Shown piece after piece: positions 27,356 through 32,625 of a stretch of DNA of 32,625 nucleotides; the first letter of the stretch is position 1; every line of letters begins with the position of its first letter. Both the position numbers and the translations under genes were made by a program. The stretch is taken from contig DAOWCC010000003.1 of NCBI GenBank assembly GCA_030639665.1, positions 1 through 32,625 of the forward strand, read 5' to 3'. The stretch comes from Elusimicrobiota bacterium. Lineage in GTDB: Bacteria > Elusimicrobiota > Elusimicrobia > Elusimicrobiales > UBA9959. Under the pieces are notes generated by a model, which worked only from the letters and a program-made list of their open reading frames with translations, was not told where the DNA came from and ran no database searches.

Positions 27356-28264
27356 ATGAGAAAAGTATTGGCGTTGTTATTGTGTTTTGCTTTTACCGGC
27401 ATAGCCGGAGCTACTGAATTTAATTTTGACCAAGGCATAGATACTAAAGAAATTGTGGAAGGGCGTTATGATTATGGATATGATTATATGCCGGATGTTC
27501 ATATGTCGCGAGGTCATTCAAGGTATACGGAGGATTGCGCGAGGTTCACTTTTGGAGTGAATAATAATGAAATAATGTCTGAAAAAGTGCGGCTTTATAG
27601 TGATGAATATATTGAGGAGTGTTGGTATGTTCCGGTATCGGATCCTGGCGGCGTAGTTAATATGGTTAGGCGCTGTCATGAGAGGAGAGGACAAAGTTGG
27701 AGCAGAACGGTTCAGTTGAATATAAAGCCGAGAATTCTGTTTCCGTGGGAAAAAGAAACTTTTAATGTTTGTCTAAAGGGTCCGCATATGGATATTTACT
27801 TTATCGATACGGCGTATAAATATCATTTTAGAAAGATAACCGATCATGAAACTCTTTTTGAATTAACGCCTGAATATAAGAAAGCCAAGGATCCGGATTT
27901 AAACGGTATTCAGTTTATTGATTTTAAGTATGATGAAAGGAGTGAAAGATATACCCTTAAGGTTGAGGATATCTGGGCAAAAGAATATGCCGGCGAAAAA
28001 ATATTTTTTAAAATTGAGCTTCGCAGAGATATTCCCTATTGGTTTGATGCGAGCAAGGGAGAAAAGGAAATTACATTTGACACAAACGGCGAATATGAAA
28101 TTTCTTTTTTTGAAAATGAACTTATAAAGGGAAGATTTGATAAAGATATTCAATTGCTTAAAGGACCTAAAAAATTCTTTCTCAAGTGGGGTTTTAAAAG
28201 AATTGGCAAGATATCCACGGATAAGTTTATGAAGAAAGGTGAAACGCCCAGAGTTGAAAAGTAG
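27356..28264 (+). CDS. Secreted hypothetical protein (tandem paralog 2)
   Basis: Signal MRKVLALLLCFAFTGIAGA and the same family motifs; ends KGETPRVEK like paralog 1. Confidence 0.85.
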   Translation: MRKVLALLLCFAFTGIAGATEFNFDQGIDTKEIVEGRYDYGYDYMPDVHMSRGHSRYTEDCARFTFGVNNNEIMSEKVRLYSDEYIEECWYVPVSDPGGVVNMVRRCHERRGQSWSRTVQLNIKPRILFPWEKETFNVCLKGPHMDIYFIDTAYKYHFRKITDHETLFELTPEYKKAKDPDLNGIQFIDFKYDERSERYTLKVEDIWAKEYAGEKIFFKIELRRDIPYWFDASKGEKEITFDTNGEYEISFFENELIKGRFDKDIQLLKGPKKFFLKWGFKRIGKISTDKFMKKGETPRVEK

Positions 28265-28292
28265 TTTTTTACGCTGGAAAATAGTTTTCAGG

Positions 28293-28327
28293 CCCCGCGG
28301 ATATTGCTCCGCGGGGTTTTTTTATTT
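28293..28327 (+). terminator. Rho-independent terminator
   Basis: CCCCGCGGA-TATTGC-TCCGCGGGG followed by a T-tract. Confidence 0.85.
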
Positions 28328-28354
28328 CCGTTTAATTCCGGCGCGCAATTTAAG

Positions 28355-28394
28355 TAGGTCTTTTGGCCTATCTTCAAATAGGGCTTTAGTCACT
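28355..28394 (+). promoter_or_regulatory. Double palindromic operator of secreted paralog 3
   Basis: TAGGTC-TTTT-GGCCTA (28355-28370) and TAGGGCTTTAGTCACT 24 bp later. Confidence 0.65.
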
Positions 28395-28464
28395 GGTATT
28401 TGAATTATCGGATTTATTAAAATTAATTACTCAATTAAAAACATCAATAAATGGGAGGTAGTAA

Positions 28465-29304
28465 ATGAAGAAAGTATTAGCGATTGTAATCTGTTTGGGT
28501 TTTACATCTTATGCCGCGGCGGAAATTGATTTTGACCGGGCGATAGATATAGAGGAAGCTATAGAAAGCTCTTCCGAGCATTCTTTTGATATTCCAAATG
28601 TCAGGTGGGATGGGGATTCATGGTATACGGAACAGTATTATGAGTACCTTGTTTATTCTCTCGACACTGATTGTACATTTGAAAAAACAAGGTTTTTTAG
28701 TCAGGAATGGATTCAGAATTGTTATACCGATTATGCTTTTGATACCGGCACGCATTGTTCGGACATTCGCGGAAGGTCTTGGAGTCTGAATGGTCAATTA
28801 ATTATAAAGCAGAGAGAACTGTATCCATGGGAAAAGGAAACTTTTCATATATATATTCATGGCCCAAAATTGGATTTGCGGCTTATTGACACGGTGTATA
28901 AATATAGTATTGAGAGGGTGGAAGGCGGTGGAGAAACTATTTTCACTTTAACTCCCAAATCGCGGGAGGCCGGTAAACCTGATATGTACGGAATTGAAAT
29001 TGTTCATTTTGCATATAGCAAAGAGGCCAAGAAGTATGTTTTAAAGCTTAAGGATGTGTGGGCAAAAGACTATGCCGGCGAAAAAATTGAAATATACGCG
29101 GAGCTTTGGAAGGATGCTTTTTTGTGGCCTGATTCCGCTAAGGAAACGAAAAGAATTGAATTTGAAGTGAGTGATAATTATGAGATTTTTTTTGATAATA
29201 ATGAAATTGATAAAGCCTATGTTAAGTGGGGTTTTACGAGAATAGGTAAAGTTTCCACAGAGGATTATATGAATAGAGGTGAAACATACAAAGTCTCAAA
29301 ATAG
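28465..29304 (+). CDS. Secreted hypothetical protein (tandem paralog 3)
   Basis: Signal MKKVLAIVICLGFTSYAAA; LYPWEKETF, DVWAKDYAGE, KWGFTRIGKVS. SD GGGAGGT. Confidence 0.85.
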   Translation: MKKVLAIVICLGFTSYAAAEIDFDRAIDIEEAIESSSEHSFDIPNVRWDGDSWYTEQYYEYLVYSLDTDCTFEKTRFFSQEWIQNCYTDYAFDTGTHCSDIRGRSWSLNGQLIIKQRELYPWEKETFHIYIHGPKLDLRLIDTVYKYSIERVEGGGETIFTLTPKSREAGKPDMYGIEIVHFAYSKEAKKYVLKLKDVWAKDYAGEKIEIYAELWKDAFLWPDSAKETKRIEFEVSDNYEIFFDNNEIDKAYVKWGFTRIGKVSTEDYMNRGETYKVSK

Positions 29305-29340
29305 CAGTGTGAAACAATGTATTATAAATTTGTTTAAAGG

Positions 29341-29371
29341 GCCCCGTGAAATTTATTTCACGGGGCTTTTT
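29341..29371 (+). terminator. Rho-independent terminator
   Basis: GCCCCGTGAAAT-TT-ATTTCACGGGGC followed by TTTTT. Confidence 0.85.
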
Positions 29372-29391
29372 ATTATCGTTTTTTAATCGCT

Positions 29392-29414
29392 CCCTCCATT
29401 AAGGTGTTGGCGGG
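29392..29414. repeat. 23-nt REP-like imperfect palindrome (also at 23552-23574 and 18612-18634)
   Basis: Reverse complement CCCGCCAA-CACCTTAA-TGGAGGG. Compare CCCGCCAA-TGCAGTAG-TGGAGGG (23552) and CCCGCCAA-TATACTG-TGGCGAAC (minus strand, 18634). Confidence 0.6.
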
Positions 29415-29512
29415 TCCGTTTAAGTTGCAATGGCGGAAAACTCTAAGTTCTCCAGACACATATATTGCTATAATGAGTGTGTAACCACCATTTAATCGCA
29501 AGGAGTTCCAAT

Positions 29513-30979
29513 ATGTCGGAAATAAAAATAAATTCAAGTGTTTTAGAAAAAACCATAGGCCGCGCTCGTGAAAAAAATATTATTTTACCCACTTTCTCCC
29601 AACAGAAAAATCCCGAACTCGTGCCTCAAAGTATAAAAGAAGAACTTAAAGACATCGGTCTTTGGGATATCAATTCAAGAAATCTTTTCAGAATTACATG
29701 GAAAAATAATCCGAAAGAAGCAGGCGGCGACGGTCTTTTCGGCGAGGCTAATTTTGTGGAATTGCCGCGAGAAATTACGGGCATTAAAGCCAGAGTGATA
29801 GGGCTTGTCGGAAAATATTTCCCCACGGGTTCGCATAAAGTGGGCGCGGCTTATGGCTGTTTGGCGCCCAGGCTTGTTACGGGAGAATTCGATCCCACAA
29901 GCCAAAAAGCCGTTTGGCCGTCCACCGGCAACTATTGCAGAGGGGGCGCTTTTGACAGTGTTCTCTTAGGCTGCACCTCCATTGCCATACTTCCTGAGGG
30001 CATGAGCAGGGAGCGTTTTGATTGGCTTGAGGAAGTTGGTTCGGAAGTTATAGGCACTCCCGGAACTGAGTCAAATGTGAAAGAGATTTATGATAAGTGC
30101 TGGGAGTTGAGAAGAACCAGAAAAGATATTGTTATTTTCAATCAATTTGATGAATTCGGCAATTCAATATGGCATTATCATATGACGGGCTCCGCCTTGG
30201 AAGAAATTTATGATAAAGTAAAAACTCCAAAAAGTAGATTCGCGGCTTATTGTTCGGCCACAGGTTCTGCGGGAACAATCGCCGCGGGTGATTATTTGCG
30301 AAAAAAACATCCGCTTATGAAAGTTGTGGCTTCCGAAGCTTTGCAATGTCCCACCATACTTTTAAACGGTTTTGGCGAACATAGAATAGAGGGCATAGGA
30401 GATAAGCATATTCCTTGGGTTCACAATGTTAGAAATACGGATGTGGTGACAGCCATTGATGATGAGGACTGTATTAGGTTGATGCGGCTTTTCAATGAGC
30501 CGGAAGGTCAGAAAACTTTACTTGAAAAGGGTATTAAAAAAGAAACAATTGAAAAACTTCAGCTTTTGGGCATTTCAAGCATTTCCAATATGTTGAGCGC
30601 TATTAAAACCGCTAAATATTTCGAATATGGCGAAGATGATATTGTTTTTACCGTATTTACCGATTCAATGGAGCTTTATCAATCAAGATTGAAAGAGGTG
30701 CATGATGCGAAAGGAGCTTATAGGCGAGATAATGCTTTGATTGATTTTGAAGGCTGTATTGAAAAATGTGCCATTGACAATATGAAAGAGCTTTCTTACT
30801 ATTATAGAAAAGCCGTTCATAATTTAAAATATTTTACTTGGGTTGAGCAACAGGCCAAAGATTCCGTTGATTTAAAAGAGATGTGGAGCCCGGAATTCTG
30901 GGATAAAAAATTCTCAAGTATTAATGAATGGGATAAGCTTATAGAAGAGTTTAATGAAAAAGTGGGATTGCTAAAATAG
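29513..30979 (+). CDS. Fold-type II PLP-dependent enzyme (~490 aa 'PLP-dependent protein, beta subunit' family; cysteine synthase/ammonia-lyase superfamily)
   Basis: GKYFPTGSHKVGA (PLP Lys), WPSTGNYCRGG, NQF, TGSAGT, HRIEGIGDKH, GISS. SD AGGAG at 29501-29505 and extended -10 TGCTATAAT at 29466-29474 favour ATG29513. Confidence 0.85.
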   Translation: MSEIKINSSVLEKTIGRAREKNIILPTFSQQKNPELVPQSIKEELKDIGLWDINSRNLFRITWKNNPKEAGGDGLFGEANFVELPREITGIKARVIGLVGKYFPTGSHKVGAAYGCLAPRLVTGEFDPTSQKAVWPSTGNYCRGGAFDSVLLGCTSIAILPEGMSRERFDWLEEVGSEVIGTPGTESNVKEIYDKCWELRRTRKDIVIFNQFDEFGNSIWHYHMTGSALEEIYDKVKTPKSRFAAYCSATGSAGTIAAGDYLRKKHPLMKVVASEALQCPTILLNGFGEHRIEGIGDKHIPWVHNVRNTDVVTAIDDEDCIRLMRLFNEPEGQKTLLEKGIKKETIEKLQLLGISSISNMLSAIKTAKYFEYGEDDIVFTVFTDSMELYQSRLKEVHDAKGAYRRDNALIDFEGCIEKCAIDNMKELSYYYRKAVHNLKYFTWVEQQAKDSVDLKEMWSPEFWDKKFSSINEWDKLIEEFNEKVGLLK

Positions 30980-31012
30980 AGACAAGAGATATGAAGAAGG
31001 TTAGTTTTTTTA

Positions 31013-31043
31013 ACTGGTGACTTGCAACCGGTAACTTGTGACT
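31013..31043. repeat. Degenerate heptamer tandem repeat (ACYNGYR x4)
   Basis: ACTGGTG ACTTGCA ACCGGTA ACTTGTG ACT. Confidence 0.5.
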
Positions 31044-31066
31044 ATTTTTTACAGGGTAAAAATATT

Positions 31067-31723
31067 ATGGCTATAAAAGGAAAATTTCGCATTACTTGTC
31101 CGTCTTGCGACCATGAATTTGAAGTTGATTTTTGGACTGTCGTAAGAGGTGACAGAGATTTGAAGCTTAAAGAGATGCTTCTTGAAGGCGAGTTTGATAT
31201 GTTTATGTGTCCTTTGTGTAAAAAAGTTTTTCTTAAAGAAGAAACTTTTATCTATCATGACCGGAAAATGGATTTGTTTATTTTTGTTTTGCCTTCGGCA
31301 TATATCGCGGAAAAGGACAAATGGATAAAGAAAATGGAAGATGATTATGTTTTGGTTAAAAAGACAATGAATAATGAATTTTCCGGCAAGCCGTTAATTT
31401 TATTTGGCAGTAACGCGCTTAGAGATTTGCTTCTGCGCGACAGAGATATTGAGGAAGAAACGGAAGTTCTTCAATTTATGGCGGATGACTTAAAAATAAA
31501 AACCAAGCCGATAAAAGCGGGGTTTGCCAGAGAGCGTGATTTTCCTTTTATTATTCCCTATGGGGGAGATGAAATTAATCATACAAATATCTTAAAGGCC
31601 GTTAAAAAAATTCATGCCGCCAATAAATCCCTGCCGAGGCTTAATAAATTTATGGAATTTCTCGCGTTGAAAGAAAGCAAAAAAATAAATTTTCTTAAAA
31701 ATGAAAATGTTCCCGCTCAATAA
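31067..31723 (+). CDS. CpXC domain-containing protein
   Basis: ITCPSC.HEF...FW..V....D..LKE.LL.GE...F.CP.C...F.YHD pattern. Start ATG31067. Confidence 0.8.
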   Translation: MAIKGKFRITCPSCDHEFEVDFWTVVRGDRDLKLKEMLLEGEFDMFMCPLCKKVFLKEETFIYHDRKMDLFIFVLPSAYIAEKDKWIKKMEDDYVLVKKTMNNEFSGKPLILFGSNALRDLLLRDRDIEEETEVLQFMADDLKIKTKPIKAGFARERDFPFIIPYGGDEINHTNILKAVKKIHAANKSLPRLNKFMEFLALKESKKINFLKNENVPAQ

Positions 31724-32625
31724 TAATAAAATTATAGAAGAGATAGCTCTTTTTTGCCTTAAAAATAATATTAAAATTTATGCGGTAGGCGGATATGTCA
31801 GAGACGCTCTTTTGGGTATTGAAAGTAAGGACATTGATTTGCTTTTTGGTTCGGATATAGAAAAAGTCGCGGCTCATATTAAGCGCAAATATAAGGCTAA
31901 AATTGAATATTTTAAACCATTTTTAACTTATCGCTGTTTTTTTAATAATAATACAAGAATTGATTTGGCCCGGTTTAGAAGCGAGAAATATTCAGGCTCG
32001 GCGGTTTTGCCCGCGGTTATAAAAGCCGGGTCCATCAAGGAAGATTTAAAAAGAAGAGATTTTTCCATTAATGCTTTGGGTATGAATGTGCGGCCTGATG
32101 GAGCGAATGAAATTATTGATTTATTTGGCGGACGGAAAGATATCAAAGACGGCAGAGTTAAAATTCTTCATAATAAAAGTTTTATTGATGATCCTACAAG
32201 AATTTTTAGAGCGGCCAAGTTTTGCGCCAGATTTAACTGGCGGCCCGACGCTTTAACTCTAAATCTTATAAAGCGGGCGGTTAAAAAAGATTTGCCGGCT
32301 TTATTATCGCGAGAAAGAATAAAGAATGAATTGTTTAGAATCCTTGAAGAAAAAAATCCCGAAGCGGTTTTTGTCTTGCTTGAAGATTGGGATATGCTCA
32401 AATATATTCATAGAGAATTTAGAGTTTTTAAGAATATAAAAGTTTTGTCTGACCCTGAAAAAAAACTTGCCCTTATGGCATGTAAAATGAAAACGAGCGG
32501 TTTGGGTTTTTTGAAGGGCCTTGAATTAAATAGAGACTCATTCCGTAGATTGAAAGAAGTTGTTTTAATAAATAATCTGAAGGAAGCTCCAAAAAAATCT
32601 ATTGATGAATTTGAGAAATCCATAT
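31701..32625 (+). CDS. cca: tRNA nucleotidyltransferase (CCA/A-adding; poly(A) polymerase head domain), truncated by the window end and absent from the ORF track
   Basis: Manual translation from ATG31701 gives IYAVGGYVRDALLG...KDIDL, IDLARFRSEKY, EDLKRRDFSINAL, IDLFGG..D, LHNKSFIDDPTRIFRA and SRERIKNEL. The frame is still open at the window end. Confidence 0.9.
   Translation, partial: MKMFPLNNNKIIEEIALFCLKNNIKIYAVGGYVRDALLGIESKDIDLLFGSDIEKVAAHIKRKYKAKIEYFKPFLTYRCFFNNNTRIDLARFRSEKYSGSAVLPAVIKAGSIKEDLKRRDFSINALGMNVRPDGANEIIDLFGGRKDIKDGRVKILHNKSFIDDPTRIFRAAKFCARFNWRPDALTLNLIKRAVKKDLPALLSRERIKNELFRILEEKNPEAVFVLLEDWDMLKYIHREFRVFKNIKVLSDPEKKLALMACKMKTSGLGFLKGLELNRDSFRRLKEVVLINNLKEAPKKSIDEFEKSI

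Noticed and set aside
1258-32623. Numerous 60-180 aa antisense or alternate-frame ORFs in the track
   Set aside because: They lie within well-supported genes, with no motifs or RBS, and are shadow ORFs. Those at 31695-32623(-) are antisense to the tRNA nucleotidyltransferase.

Overview
AT-rich (low-GC) bacterial window, almost all on the + strand. It may come from Elusimicrobiota, inferred only from gene content and style. Two layers are interleaved. (1) A backbone for ureide/purine-type nitrogen catabolism: YgeY-family M20 hydrolase, YgeW-like knotted carbamoyltransferase, carbamate kinase, threonine-synthase-like enzyme and a second fold-type II PLP enzyme, followed by a CpXC protein and a tRNA nucleotidyltransferase that runs off the window. 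(2) Accessory blocks between those genes. The largest is a very dense radical SAM region: 10 rSAM genes in about 24 kb, 7 of them cobalamin-binding and 6 of those in one uninterrupted run. They sit with a UDP-galactopyranose-mutase-like flavoprotein, a sugar-phosphate nucleotidyltransferase, a GT2 glycosyltransferase and a membrane beta-propeller protein. A second block is a triplet of secreted paralogs, each with its own double-palindrome operator and terminator. The intergenic DNA at 18.24-18.79 kb and 23.53-23.77 kb holds three copies of an apparently non-autonomous small element with shared ends (CTAA-N6-GTA...GGAATTTCAA / hairpin-CTAA). Two of these copies carry a 45-nt core with compensatory base changes. 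No rRNA, tRNA, CRISPR array, transposase or integrase was seen. All functional calls come from reading motifs by eye; no database search was run.
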